Origin: Octopus vulgaris
Lineage: Eukaryota
DNA length: 64,000 nucleotides
Reading direction: 5' to 3'
Assembly: GCA_951406725.2 (NCBI GenBank)
Contig: OX597815.1
Location: 65,720,001-65,784,000 of the forward strand
The position numbers were made by a program, and so were the translations under genes. Below, piece by piece: positions 1-13,622 of this stretch. Position 1 is the first letter of the stretch, and the number at the start of each line of letters is the position of its first letter. The notes beneath the pieces are model-generated. The model searched no databases and had not been told where the DNA came from. It saw only the letters and a list, made by a program, of their open reading frames with translations.

Positions 1-113
1 AAAACTAGTATGATACAAAAATACACTCGAAATGTTGGTATTCAAAATAAAACCAGCAACATCAGACACATTGCTACAAGCATACAGATAAACATACATA
101 CATACATTCAATT

Positions 114-150
<37 letters not shown>

Positions 151-1089
151 CTTTCACCATCTTTACCAACTGTTCCATCAGATTACGTACCCGAACCACA
201 TCAACTTGACACCTTCTCAAACTTGGAGGAGAAACTTCAATACACACGAGACACTCTGATACTCAGAGACTCAAGATAACAGACTAGGTTAATGGTTATT
301 AATGCTTTTTGATTTCATGACGTCCTAAAGATTAAACAAACTTGCTGGTACACCTCGTACGGGAAGTTAGAAGTCACTGGAGCACTTTGTGATAAGCTAT
401 GTATCGAAGTTAAAAAAATTAGAAAAATACAACAAAGCTATTACTTATCTTGTTTTAATTAATCATTTATTTGAGTACAACAGTTATTACTAATATTTCT
501 AAGATGCTCAAGCAGTAGTATAGGTTTTCTAAATTATAACTTTCACTGTTGTACATATACTTATTGAAATAATTAGAGATGCACCGAAGTATTATATGCG
601 ACAAGAACAATCTAAACATATAAAAGCTTGACTACACAACAGAAATAGTAACCTTGATGAAGATCAGGAACAACTCAAACAGTAACACTACATGCAACAG
701 AAATATCACTCAGCATTGAACAAGGACAATAAAAATACACTAACTGGTAAACGTTTGTATCTAACATAAGCCACCGATAACGATAAAGCACTGAACAGAG
801 TAATTAGCGATAATAACAGTATCATACCATGCTCCATGTCATAATGCCATTCTTAAATAACACATTCACAGTAAACTTATACCATTAAATATTTCTGGAA
901 AAATCAATCAGCAAAATCCCCTCAGAAGAGAGGGACACTAAATGAAAATTTACATTTTTGATCTCTTCTTTCAATAAGACAATAGACTTAGACTAGTCAT
1001 GAGCTCTTGGACACATAAAGCTAGAGTTTAACCCAGTTTGTATGGTGTATAAGTGACTGACATTACAGCAACACCTCCGCTATCATCAT

Positions 1090-1259
1090 CCCCTACCATA
1101 GACGGGGGACAGTCCATCACAGAGTTAACTTCTCAGCTGACTAGAGCAACGTGAAATGAAGTGTTTTGCTCAAGAACAAAATTATCCTTCGGTGATGGAA
1201 TGGAAAACACGATCGTATGATGGTGAATGCAATTCCTTAACCATTAGACCATGTGCCTT
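1090..1259 (-). mobile_element. Degenerate tRNA-derived SINE (family C, GGCGCATGGCTCAGTGGTTAG-type head)
   Basis: Reverse strand reads AAGGCACATGGTCTAATGGTTAAGG...TTCTTGAGCAAAACACTTCATTTCACGTTGCTC, matching copies at 10865, 17455 and 34495. Confidence 0.65.
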
Positions 1260-1647
1260 GATAGAGATAAAACATAAATCTAAAATCTAAAAAAGAAAAA
1301 CAAAAACAAAAAGAACAAAAAGGTGGTGCTGTCCAGTGTTCGCTGTTGAGGCATTAACATACTTCACACTTAACTTTTTCTTCTGCAAACACTGCATAAT
1401 TGACGAGTGTTTTGTATTAGTTGAAAATCCTGAGTTCAAATTTAATTCTATTTCATTTTCTTGTCCCTCTTTCCCTCTTTCTTTTTCTGTTACTTATCCT
1501 AAGCGGGGTCAGAGGTGAATTCAAGGGTATTTCTGTAAAGCAAAGAGAGATAAAACAGATTATCTACTCCCCAAGGTCATTCATTGAGATAAACATAAAG
1601 TAATTATCTACAGTAAAAACTAACATTGAAAATGTTGGCCTGGGATT

Positions 1648-1905
1648 ATAGCACATGGGGCAGCCCTTCTTTCTTTCTTTCGTTCTTTCTTTCTTTCTTC
1701 CTTCCCTTCTTTATTTCTTTCATTCCTTCTTTCCTTCTTTCTGTCTTTCCTTCTTTCTGTCTTTCCTTCTTTCTGTCTTTCCTTCCTTTTTTCTTTCGTC
1801 TTCCGCTCTCTCTCTCTCTTTCTCTCGTCCCATCCTCTATTCCTTTCTTTCTCACTATATCTCTTTCTTTCTTGCTGTCTTTCTTTCTTTCTTCCTTTCT
1901 CCATT

Positions 1906-1938
<33 letters not shown>
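1648..1938. repeat. Pyrimidine-rich (CTTT/CT)n low-complexity tract
   Basis: Directly visible. Confidence 0.9.
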
Positions 1939-2282
1939 ACTCTTATCGTCTGAAAAGCTGTTTGCCTGATAACCGGCCGTCGCCTGACAACTTGTGATTC
2001 TATTTTAATCTGACGATATTATATAACAAAAGACAAAATTAAGGAAAACTTGTAACAGATTAGGTTATCAATGTCTCCCTCCACCTCTCTCTGTCTCTTT
2101 CTTTCTCTCTCTCTCTCACACATATATATATACACAAGTACATACATATATATATATATAATACATATAAGAGGGATGACCCTTATGCTAGAAGTAGATC
2201 AGCTATGGTCTTACCACTAAGAAAGTAATGTTCTCTTTAAATATATCGGTGCGAACGTTTTTTATACGGCGCCGTTTTTACA

Positions 2283-2613
2283 ATCCTTTAAATAATAATA
2301 ATGGTATTTTTATATAAGCTTAGAGCTTATGCCGATCACCATGCAATGACTAAGGAAAATTGTCTAATAAAGGGGCATATAAGTCCTCGGCAGAAAAAAA
2401 ACGTAGGCTTTCCTATCTGCATGAGAGTCGAACCCACATCCCTTTGTTAACGTGTTAAGTGTGTTACTTTTACACCAGCGAATCAACTACCTTTTTCCTA
2501 TCAAATTTAAGAACTATTATAGTTTTTAAATTTGACAGGAAAAGGGAGGCTGATTGCAAGGTGACCGCCACGAGCTTTAATCTAATATAAAAATACCATT
2601 ATTATTATTTACA

Positions 2614-2617
<4 letters not shown>
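2283..2617. mobile_element. Non-autonomous element with ~65-bp imperfect terminal inverted repeats, an internal hairpin and a tRNA-like A/B-box segment
   Basis: 2283-2347 is the imperfect reverse complement of 2553-2617; hairpin 2481-2555; minus-strand A box TGGTGTAAAAG (2467-2477) and B box GGTTCGACTC (2425-2434). Confidence 0.7.
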
Positions 2618-2650
<33 letters not shown>

Positions 2651-2739
2651 TATATGTATACATACATATAATATATAAATATATATACATATATATATGC
2701 GTGTATATATATATACACAAACACACAGACATATGAATA

Positions 2740-3647
2740 CTGTGGTATCAAAAGGCCCTGGGCTAATGTTTAATAAAAAAGCACTTATTTACCTAAGTTT
2801 TAACATCATCTCCTTCAAAATAGTCACCTTGCATAGGAATACACCAGTCCCAGCGTCCCTGTCGCAGTTGGAATCCGGCCTGGAAGTCGGTTCCCGTAAG
2901 CGATTCGAGAACCATCTACGATTCGCTCTGGATCTCGACAACGGTGTTAAAACCGTGACTTTTGAGCTGCATTTTCATCTTGGAGAAGAGATGGAAGTCT
3001 GCAGGTGTTATATCTGGCAAATAAGGCGGGTGCGGAAGCGATACAATGTTGATTTGGGCGAGAAAGTCACGAGTGAGGAGGGCTTGGTGACAGGATGCAT
3101 TGTTGTCGTGAAGAATCCAATTGTTCGCGCTCCCCAGATCTGATCACTTTCGCCGAATGTCCTCCCTCAAACGCTTCTAAACGTCACTGTAGAACTCTCA
3201 ATTGATGCTTTGGCCCTGAGGGACGAATTGTTGATGCACAATACCACATTTCCGGGAGTGATGCTCGTGACAGGTCTTCTAGTTCGCTCATCGTCGTCCA
3301 GAGAGGTTCTTCCTGTTTTGAAGCGCCCGTACCACTCGAAACATTGCGTACGTCCCATTGCCTCATTGCCGTACACTTGCCAAAGCATGCTCAATCTGTG
3401 TCAGACTTCCCAAGTTAAAGGCAAACTTTCACGTTGGCTCTTTGTTCTTGTCCATGACAAAATCGCAGACTACAGCATACACGTGATCACAAAGACACAA
3501 ATTTCACAACTTGTAGAGTAAACACAGCGATGTCACTCAGCACACTGCCTTGTGACGGTTACTGCTAGTTCTCATTGCACTCTCAAACGTGTACTACAAT
3601 CTGCTGGCGCGCTACAGAACTTGTCCGGGAACTTTTTGATACCACTT
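2740..3647 (-). mobile_element. Internally deleted, decayed mariner transposon
   Basis: TIRs GTGGTATCAAAAG...CTTTTTGATACCAC; fragments VYGNEAMGRTQCFEWYGRFKTGRTSLDDDER (HTH region), WILHDNN and LPHPPYLPDITPADFHLF (catalytic region). Confidence 0.88.
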
Positions 3648-5669
3648 TTTGATATGGCTATATCTATCTAATTATATATTGATCTATTCATCTATCTCAG
3701 TTATTTGCATATAGTATAAAATCTATGTGCTAGTATGCCCGGACAAAGCATACGGAAGAATAAATTCAGATATGAAATAGAAGCAGCGCCAGTGTAATAA
3801 ACATTATCGACCATGCATACGTAACTCAGGTAGTCAGTAACATGGAGATTTCTCCCTCAAAGTGTTAAAATACCTGGAAGTCATGTGCTTTGAGGGAGCA
3901 ATCCCCACCACGCATAATTTCAGCCTACAGGCAAACATACGAGGCATTTACGTTAAGTATGTGAGTTCGATAATGTTTAAAATATAAAATATTTTCATCA
4001 CCTATTTTTCTCTTCCGCTCTCAGCTTCTATCACCCCCTTTGTTCTCATATCTATTTCCCCTTCTCTCATTCTCTATGTTTCACTGTTTTACAAAATAAC
4101 ACACTAATAAAAATGGATGTTCCCACCATGAGTGTTCAGTTTGTTCAATCAACAGAAATGTCCAGTCTCACTGAATTAACGTACACGTGGCTGAGTATTC
4201 CACAGACACGTGTTGCTTTAATGTAATTCTCAGGCGGAATCATCATGATACTCTATTACAAGACTGGTTTTATTAAAACACAGGTACAATCCACCTGACA
4301 GACTTCTATGCAGTTACTGTTTGCCCAGTTTCACTTATAAAGAATGGGTCGAGCTGAGGTCATAGAAAATGAAATTTGCCCAAGATTTTACGCAGTGTAA
4401 TCGAAACTAGAAACTCGTTGTTGTGAAGTGATCTTCTTAACTATTTGATCATACTGCACCTACAAGACATACTAATACATACACAACAACTATATTTAAT
4501 TCACCTTTACTGATTTCTCTTTACTTCTATTATCCATTTTCTCGAATTGATATTATTTGTCTATTCGCTCTTTGTTTTTCTGTTCATGTGTATGCGTGTG
4601 AGACTTCTGATTACCAAATGGATTGTATACCTTAAACCATGGGCTTCAAGTCAGTATGTTATTGAATCTTCTTAGCCACAGGTATTCAAGGGAAAGAATT
4701 CTATAAAATGTACCCCTATTGATAATGTAGTCAAATTTCTACTTTGCTTTCAATTGTCTAATTTGCTTCCTATTCTAAACTCCATACCGACGACAAAATC
4801 TCGAATTCATTTTCCCTTAAACATTTTCGACTAACTCTGTTCCACAGTCTCCTAATGTGAAAACAGTTTGTTAAAAGATCACCTACTAGTACATTCACTT
4901 AATTGACCAACTAGAAATAGTGGCGAGATCTTTAATCTATACCTTACTGTTTTAAGAAAAAGAAGAAAATATTTTAAATATGCTATGAGAAAAACGAAAC
5001 GAAGTGTTCACGTCTGGAACGGTTTTCATATGCTCGTTTAGAACTTTCTGAACTACACATTATATTTTAAGAAAGACTAAAGTAGGCAAATTAGGAAATG
5101 GTAAACAGACGATCAGCCAGTTAATATCTATGGATGACCTGAAGTAAATAAGTAAGAACGAAAACAAGTGAACACTTAAACAATGAACAATGTTCGATTA
5201 TTCAAAGATACAGCTTTAATAAGTATAGTAAACTAACCATGAAGAGTGACAAACTGTCTGAGATAAGAGGAATTGAGATTCCTACTGGTGAGAGTAGAGA
5301 GCAAACTGATAATGAAATTAGGTAGAAGTATGTAGTTTTAGAATCCGATATCATGAAACATACCAGAATGAAGGACACTTTGAACAGCTGAGCAGTAACA
5401 ATGTTATCATAGCTAATAACTCACACGCTGTGCGAATCTTCTTATATAGCATTGGTATCATCAAATGGAACAGCGAAGAACAATAGAATTTTTATTGCTT
5501 AGTCTTGGGTGCCCAAGTTTCTGTTGGTATCATGGTGGTGCCATGATTAAATACGGCGTCTCCTCGGCAAAATTTTTATTCATTTTTAGACCTGGCGGAG
5601 TTGACCATCAAAGCCACCGGTTTCTTTCAGAAGAGAGAAACAGAGACACACAGAAAGAAAAAGTGAGAG

Positions 5670-5858
5670 ATTTTACCCCCTGAATACGACTGGTGCTTTA
5701 TTTATCGCTCCCGGAAGAAGGAAAGACTAAGTTGACACCGGTGGGGATTGAATTCAGAGCGTAGAGAGCCAAAGAAATACCGCTAAGCATTTTGTCCGAC
5801 GCGCTAAGGATTCAGCCAGCGCACCACCTTAATAATGATGATGATGATGATGATGATG

Positions 5859-5931
<73 letters not shown>

Positions 5932-6190
5932 CGACGATGACGACGACGATGATGATGATGATGATGATGATGATCCTTTCTACTATAGGCAAAAGGTTTG
6001 AAATTTTGGCGAGAATGAGTGAGTCGATTACAACAATCCCAGTGATTAACTGATACTTATTTTGTCGACTTCGTAAGGATGAAAGGTAAAATCGAACACG
6101 GCGGGATTTAAACGCTTAACTAAAAGACGGATGAAATGCTGCGAGGCATTTTTCACGGCGTTCTAACGATTCTTCCAGCTCACCGCCTTA

Positions 6191-6246
<56 letters not shown>

Positions 6247-6510
6247 AATAATAATAATAATAATAATAACAACAACAACAACAACAACAATAAACCTTAC
6301 TACTAAAGACACAAGGCCTGAAATTTGAGGGGAGAGGACTGGTCGATTACATCGATCCCAGTGCATAACTGGTACTTAATTTATCGATCCCGAAAGGATG
6401 AAAGGCAAAGTCAACCTCGGCAGAATTTGAACTCAGAATGTACAGAGGGACGAAATACGGCTAAGCATTTTGCCCTGCGTGTTAACGATTCTGCCAGCTT
6501 GCTGCCTTAA
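5670..6510 (-). mobile_element. Three family A SINE copies (GGCGGCGAGCTGGCAGAA head) separated by (ATG/AAT)n tracts
   Basis: Repeated CGAAAGGATGAAAGGCAAAGTCGACCTCGGCGGAATTTGAACTCAGAA-like cores at about 5710, 6070 and 6390. Confidence 0.85.
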
Positions 6511-6513
6511 AAA

Positions 6514-6628
6514 CAAGAAGAAGAAGAAGAAGAAGAAGAAGAAGAAGAAGAAGAAGAAGAAGAAGAAGAAGAAGAAGAAGAAGAAGAAGAAGAAGAAGAA
6601 GAAGAAGAAGAAGAAGAAGAAGAAGAAG
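6514..6628. repeat. (GAA)n microsatellite
   Basis: Directly visible. Confidence 0.97.
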
Positions 6629-7758
6629 CCCAAAGGCAGTTTAAAAGTCAGTTATTAATGTTGTCAATTACCGTTTCAACTCAAAAATGTCCATTCATTA
6701 ACTTTGTTCATCCTGACCGTGCAGTATATTAGCAAATTAATTATCATTGCTGTAATTAAATTTCTCTAAAGAAATTGGATTAAATGGTGAACTACTTAAT
6801 CAATCAAATTCTATAACCGAACAAGGTCTAGGGAGACCGTACGTGTACACCAAGAAGCAAAACTTTCGCCCTCTACCTTTCCTCGTCATCAACCAGCGTC
6901 CAGTTTTCTATCATCTTCTTCCCTGTCCAGCCACAAAGGGAGGGAGGGCTCGATGTTTCTCAACTATTTCCTATTTTTGGATCTTTTCGGTTTAACACAT
7001 TTCTTCAGTAACATATCTATTTATTCATTCTTAATACGTTCTGGTAGATTTCAACACGAATATCTCATCGCTGTTATTTTTCGACATCAGAGAATACTTC
7101 CTCCCTTTACATAATGTCTCTATTCAAACACACGATTCACCATTGTAAGGTGACTTGTGTTTAGTTTATAAACTATTCATCAAAAAGGGAAATAAATGTC
7201 ATACTTCCAAAATCAAAAAATAATAACAAAATGGCGCTTTACATAAGGTCACGACGGTGTGTCGAGAGTGAATTGGCTAAAATTACAAAAAATAATAAAA
7301 AATGCTGTCTTTAAAGATTCAAAACATTTTTTATTTATTGATGTAGTTATGATTTTTGTAATTGGCAGGACAAATAATATCTATAGAACTTTTCAATAAA
7401 ATCGGAAGAAATATTTCGAACCGAAAAAATTCTTAGCTTTTCACCATAGACTGTCCATTCAAGACCAACATTCATCTAGATATAAGATGTCTCAGTATTG
7501 TGTTACATAACCAAACCACCTCATTTTCCACGCTTTTAACAACTGACTGAAACATTTCCGAATTCACCATCTTCCAAACAATTTCTTTCCTAACATTTTC
7601 CACGTCCTTGTTGTGTCTAGGGTCGATTATTATAACAATAAAAATTGAAATAAATACATGCATTGATTCAATACCACTTCTATATTTTTACCAGCTAAGT
7701 ATCCAATCGTTTGTTTAATGTGTAGTTTAAACAATTAGTCGGTTGTTAGTTTTTCTCT

Positions 7759-7799
7759 ATCAGAGTCCTTTCCTCACTATTCGTAACCTCATCAATGAC
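7759..7799 (-). ncRNA. Type I hammerhead-like motif (U3 core variant)
   Basis: GTCA TTGATGA G GTTAC-GAATA-GTGAG GAAA G-GA-C TC TGAT. Confidence 0.5.
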
Positions 7800-7922
7800 A
7801 TGCACTCACTCTTCAAGGTCTGCTTTGAGTCTGTCCGAGGACATGTCTTATGCCTGTGTGTGTCTGTGTATGTATGTACATACACATGCATACACGAAGA
7901 CACACACACAATACTGCACAAT

Positions 7923-8339
7923 AGGCGGCAAGCTGGCAGAAACGTTAGCATGCCGGGCGAAATGCTTAACGGTATTTCGTCTGCCGTTACGTTCTGAGTT
8001 CAAATTCCGCAGAGGTCGACTTTACCTTTCATCCTTTCGGGGTCGATTAAATAAGTACCAGTTACGCACTGGGGTCGATATAATCAACTTAATCCGTTTG
8101 TCTGTCCTTGTTTGTTCTCTCTGTGTTTAGCTCTTTGTGGGTAGTAAAGAAATAGGTATTTCGTCTATCTTTATGTTCTGAGTTCAAATTCCGCCGAGGT
8201 CGACTTTGCCTTTCATCCTTTCGGGGTCGATTAAATAAGTACCAGTTACGCACTGGGGTCGATGTAATCGACTTAATCCCTTTGTCTGTCCTTGTTTGTC
8301 CCCTTTATGTTTAGTCCCTTGTGGGCTGTAAAGAAATAA
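7923..8339 (+). mobile_element. Family A SINE with an internally duplicated body
   Basis: GGCGGCAAGCTGGCAGAAACGTTAGC head; body GTTCTGAGTTCAAATTCCGC...GTAAAGAAATA present twice. Confidence 0.9.
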
Positions 8340-8643
8340 CAATACTGCACACACGCAATCATACACAGATGCTAACCTATTCAAAAACAACCGACGACAC
8401 TGCACACATACACATAAGCACGCGCGCACATGAGCACACACACACACAAACAAACACACACACATAAGAGAACGCGTGCACATAAGTAAGCACTCACACA
8501 TCTACACACACACACACATCCACATGCACATGTATAAGTATATACATACATACACGCACAAGCGCGCGCGCACACACACACACACTGGGGCACAAAACTA
8601 GTTCTTAGGCAGACTCAAAGCAGATCTTGAAATGTAAGGGTAT

Positions 8644-8684
8644 GTCATTGATGAGGTCACGAATAGCGACGAAAGGATTCTGAC
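8644..8684 (+). ncRNA. Type I hammerhead-like motif (U3 core variant)
   Basis: GTCA TTGATGA G GTCAC-GAATA-GCGAC GAAA G-GA-T TC TGAC; helix I GTCA/TGAC. Confidence 0.55.
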
Positions 8685-9094
8685 CGAGGAAACTAACAAA
8701 CGATTGATTGTTCAAGCAACGCATTAAACAAACGATAGGATACTTAGTTGGTAAAATAAGGAAGTGGCATTGAATCAGGGTCTGTGTTTCTATTAACATA
8801 ATGACCCTACCAAAACACAAGACACGAATTCACACCAAGAATCTGGCAAACTAAATACAAAATTGTCCATGCTCTTTATATATGGAATGAGAAGTATCTT
8901 TCTGTAACATTAGATTTCAAAAGCCATAATTAATCTTCTTCTCACTTTCAGCATCAAACATCTACGATTCACACCAATACAATCCAGTTGAATTCATAAT
9001 TCCTTTAAAAAGAAAATAATTAAAGAATTATTTAAATCTAAAGCTAAAACCGCAGCAAATGCAGACATACGATGGTATATAAGTCAGCATCTTA

Positions 9095-9445
9095 AATAAT
9101 TGTATGGTTAACAAGTTCGTTTCACAATCACGTAGTTTCGGGTTCATTCCCACTGCGCAGCACTTTGGGCAAGTCTTTCTACTATAACTCTGGATCGGCC
9201 AAAGCCTTCTATGTGAATTTGGTACAGGAATCTGTGTGGAAGCCCGCTGTATACCTACGTACATATATCTAGGTGTGTGTGTGTGTGTGTGTGATTCGCT
9301 TGCCCGATGGTGGTTTGTTTACATTCCCGCAACTTAGCGGGCCAGTAAAAGAGGTGATGGAATAAGTAGCAAGTTCTGGCGAAGATTTGTTCGACTAACT
9401 CAACATTGTGGTGCTCCAACATGGCCCAAAGACTGAAAGAAGCTA
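9095..9445 (+). mobile_element. Family B SINE (GGCTGTGTGGTAAGAAGCTTGC-type head, internal TG tract)
   Basis: GGGTTCATTCCCACTGCGCAGCACTTTGGGCAAGTC...GAAGCCCG, matching copies at 11650, 45226 and 50010. Confidence 0.8.
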
Positions 9446-10679
9446 ACTGATATATCGAAAAATCACTCTGTATTTTATATGCGAAGTTGGGCCTTCCATA
9501 AGCTTTGGTGCGCTAAAAATCCCTCCACCCACGCACTTAAAAACATGCCCTTGCATCTTTTTCGCTTAGAAATACTATAAATAAAATAACCCCGGCCTTA
9601 CAAGAAACAAAAATTACATTCACCGTATCAGTGCAAACTATTACAATTAGACATACTGAAAGAAATATCCTGAGGGAAATCCTTCTTTTATGAAAGGACT
9701 CTACATGGAATTTTCTTTCGAAGAACCAAAGAAGGTGCCGTTAGTCTGCATATCAGCAAAGTGAGCGTAGCGTGATTTTTATGGTATATCGGGGCTACAA
9801 AGCAACAGATGGCTTTTTCTGGCCAACGGAACCTGTTCATTACATAAAATCCAGGAATGATGGCACACATTTTTGATCAGTACGCTACAATTGCGATCAT
9901 TTGGAAATTGTACGTGCGTTCGTGTGCATGTGCAAGAAAGTGCGTACATGTGTGTGAGTGGTTGTGATTGTGGTGCCCTTGCTGTGTTTTGCTCATGCAG
10001 TTAGTAGTAGTAGTAGTAATTGTTGTTGTTGTTGTTGTTGTTGTTGCTGTTGTTGCTGTTGCTGCTGTCCTTGTTGATGTTGATGATAAAGCTGTTATTT
10101 CTTAGTTGCTGAAATATTAGTGGATTTTTTTTTCTGATTTGGCAAATATTTTTTCTGTTTACAAGTACACAACCCCACCCCACTTTTGTCATCTTTGTTG
10201 AAAGACATGCCGCACACATATGCAATTAACCATCTCTCTTTCTTTCTCTCTCTCTCTCCCTCTCTCTCACCCTCTCTTTCTCTCTCTCTCTTCATTCCTA
10301 ACGTATTTATTCCTTCGCACATTCTTCTCTCATACTTTATTCACTTGTTTACTTTCCATTCATACTATTTTTGACTATACAATTTTAAATATCTCACTGT
10401 TAATAAACTCCTCCTCCTCTTTATTTCGCCATCTTTCTTAACTTCCCTCCATCCACTCACCCCTCCACCACTTGTTTATTGTTTTTGTCTCATACCTTTA
10501 TGTTTTTGTTAATTATTTATTTAGAAGAAGAGACAGTGACCAAGGATCTTTAAATGCTCGTCTGCCCCATCCCACTCCAACCTACAGGTGAGGTAGATGT
10601 GGTTCAACACCTCGAGGACAATGGCTGCAAGTAAATAAATAAATAAATAAAAAATACATTCCTTCAAGGTAAGACTATT

Positions 10680-11175
10680 TTAGGCGCTTCCTTGACTGTG
10701 GGGTTAAGAAGCTCGCCTTTCAGCAACGTTGTCTTGGGTTCAGTTCCGTCCCCCAACATGGCATCTTGGGAAACCGTTTTCTACTATAGCCCCAAACCGA
10801 TCAATGCCTTATGAGTGAAGTTGGTAGAGGGAAACTGTGTGAAAGCCTGTCGTATATACGTATACATGGCTCAATGATTAGAGCGCTGGGCTTAAAATCG
10901 TGAGATTGTGAGTTCGATCTCCATATCTGTCTGTGTGTGTTGCGTTCATGAGCATGACACTTTATTTCACGTTGTCCCAGTCCACTCAGTTGTAGAGATA
11001 ATTTGCGATGACGTCACTGGTGCCAAGCGGTATCGGCATTTACCTTTCACTTAGACAACATCCGTGGTGTGGAGAGAGGACTGTTCTTTCACAAACATCT
11101 GTGCCCGGATGTGTCCCTCGAACGGGAAATTTCTAGGTGCAATCCTATAGTCGTTCGTGACCGAAGGAAATCCTT
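10680..11175 (+). mobile_element. Family B SINE head followed by a family C SINE
   Basis: GGGTTAAGAAGCTCGCC...AAGCCTGTCG, then CATGGCTCAATGATTAGAGCG...GAGTTCGATC. Confidence 0.8.
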
Positions 11176-11196
11176 ATATATATGTATGTGTGTGTT

Positions 11197-11250
<54 letters not shown>

Positions 11251-11607
11251 GAAGAGCTTAAGCACGAAATGTCCTGAATGTCAAACTAATACACCTGGTT
11301 TGTTGTTTCCTCACCTGCCGCTGTCTTTTGGCTTTTGGAGGTGTTTTTTGTACAATCTTGAACCTAATATACACATGTGTGTGTGTGTTTGAATGTGCAT
11401 TTGAGTGTGTGTGTATGTGTCTTTCTGTTTATGTCTTGTCCCCCACCCTTGTGTTAGTTTGTTTACGTCCCTGTAACTTAGCGCTTCAACAACAGAAACC
11501 TATAGAATAAATACCTAACTAGGCTCAATTTGTCCATCTAAGCCCTCTGAAGCGGTGCCTAGCATGGTCGCAATCCAATGAATGAAACAAGTAAAAGATC
11601 AAAGGTA

Positions 11608-11649
<42 letters not shown>

Positions 11650-11652
<3 letters not shown>

Positions 11653-11864
11653 CTTTTACTTGTTTTATCTATTAGACTGCGGCCATGCTGGGGCACCGCA
11701 CTGAATAATTTTTAGTAGAACGAATCGACTACCAGTACTTTTTTAAAGCCTGATACTTATTCTATCAATCTATTTGTCGAACCACTAAGTTACACGGACG
11801 TAAATACACCAACAGCGGTTGTCAAGCGGTGGTGGGGGACAAACACAGACAAAGAGACACACAC

Positions 11865-11902
<38 letters not shown>

Positions 11903-12065
11903 GACGGACTTCTTTCAGTTTCCGTCAACCAAATCCTCTCACAAGGCTTTGGTCGGCCTGAGGCTATAGTACAAGACATTTACCCAATGTACCATGCAGT
12001 GTGACTGAACCTGGAACGATGCGGTTGGGAAGCAAGCTTCTTACCACACAGCCACTCCTGCGCCT
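11650..12065 (-). mobile_element. Full-length family B SINE
   Basis: Minus strand starts GGCGCAGGAGTGGCTGTGTGGTAAGAAGCTTGCTTCCCAACC and ends in the AAACAAGTAAAAGAT tail. Confidence 0.9.
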
Positions 12066-12089
12066 ACATATGTCTCTCATTTTGTTTTT

Positions 12090-12292
12090 CTTTTACTTGC
12101 TTCAGTCAGTGGGCTGCGGTCATGCGGCGGATCCGCCTTGACGGGTTCAGTAGAACAAACCAACCTCAATACTAACATTTTGCTTTAAGCCTGGTACTTA
12201 TTCTATCCGTTCTTTTGTCGAACCGATAGGTTACGGCTACCTGAACAAACCAGCATTGGTTGTCAAGCGGTAGCGAGGGACAACTACACGCA

Positions 12293-12355
<63 letters not shown>

Positions 12356-12535
12356 GTACATAAGTCCTTTCCACTATAGGTACAAGTCTTTGGGGGAGGT
12401 TCTTATTTTATCAACCCCAAAGGATGAAGAGCAAAGTCGACCTCGTCGGAATTTGGACGCAGAACACGAAGACAGACGAAATGCAGCTTAGCGTTTCGCC
12501 CAGAGTGCTATCGATTCTGCCAGTTCGTCACCTTT
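12090..12535 (-). mobile_element. Family B SINE 3' half and a family A SINE copy
   Basis: Homology to other copies in the window. Confidence 0.75.
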
Positions 12536-12626
12536 ATATACGTAGGAAGGCTATAACTGAGGTATTTCAAAGTCTTCCATGCCTCGATTACCCTAGCGAT
12601 TGAACGTTATTTCACTTTAACTACGA

Positions 12627-12999
<373 letters not shown>

Positions 13000-13259
13000 A
13001 CAAGACTGACGTACCACAGTGTTGACACGGTGTCAGGAAGAAAGTCCAAGCATATATTAATTATTCTGATATCCAAAGAAACTGACTGGGTGAATGTTCG
13101 TGTTTCTAACCATAATAAACACCTCTACTTGAACCAACTCGATCGAAATCCTTATCGTTTGGTTATGAAACCTACGTGTTTTCTGTGCGGTTAATAACCT
13201 CAAAGCATTTTTCTGTTTAGCAAACATTGATTCAGTAACTCGGTACAATGACTGACATA

Positions 13260-13622
13260 TTCTCTCTCTCTATCATTCTTTCCCTCTTTCTCTCCCCACT
13301 CTCTCTCTATCTCTCTTTCTATCTCAGTATCTCTCTTTCTGTATCCCTCTCGTTCTTTCTCTTTCTCCCTTTTTCTCTGCCTCTTCTTCCCTCTCCCCTT
13401 TCTCTTTCCCTCTCTCTGTCTCCCTCTCTTTCTCTCTCCGACTGTCTGTTTCCTTCTCTCCCTCTCTCTTTCTGTATCCCTCTCGTTCTTTTTCTCTTTC
13501 TCCCTTTTCTCTGTCTCTCTCTTCCTCTTGCTCTTTCTCTCTCTCTCCCTTTCTCCTTCCCTCTCTCTGTCTCCCTCTCTTTCTCTCACCGTCTATCTGT
13601 TTCCCCCTCTCTCTCTCTCTTG
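13260..13622. repeat. CT-rich low-complexity tract
   Basis: Directly visible. Confidence 0.9.

Larger units (their letters stand above)
7608..8822. mobile_element. Old inverted pair of Penelope-like termini (arms about 7608-7854 and 8589-8822) interrupted by a SINE
   Basis: Arms are diverged reverse complements; each carries a hammerhead-like motif pointing outward. Confidence 0.65.

Noticed and set aside
10-900. ORF 10..279 and the A-rich downstream sequence as a gene
   Set aside because: The ORF crosses a CA/TA microsatellite; the rest may be a very decayed LINE but I found no clear motif.
1620-1997. Lys/Glu/Arg-rich and Phe/Leu/Ser-rich ORFs
   Set aside because: Translations of a CTTT/CT tract.
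2418-2484. Functional tRNA gene
   Set aside because: A and B boxes are present but I could not form a proper cloverleaf; treated as tRNA-derived.
6853-6895. Minus-strand TTGATGA...GAAAG hammerhead
   Set aside because: No helix II can form; likely chance.
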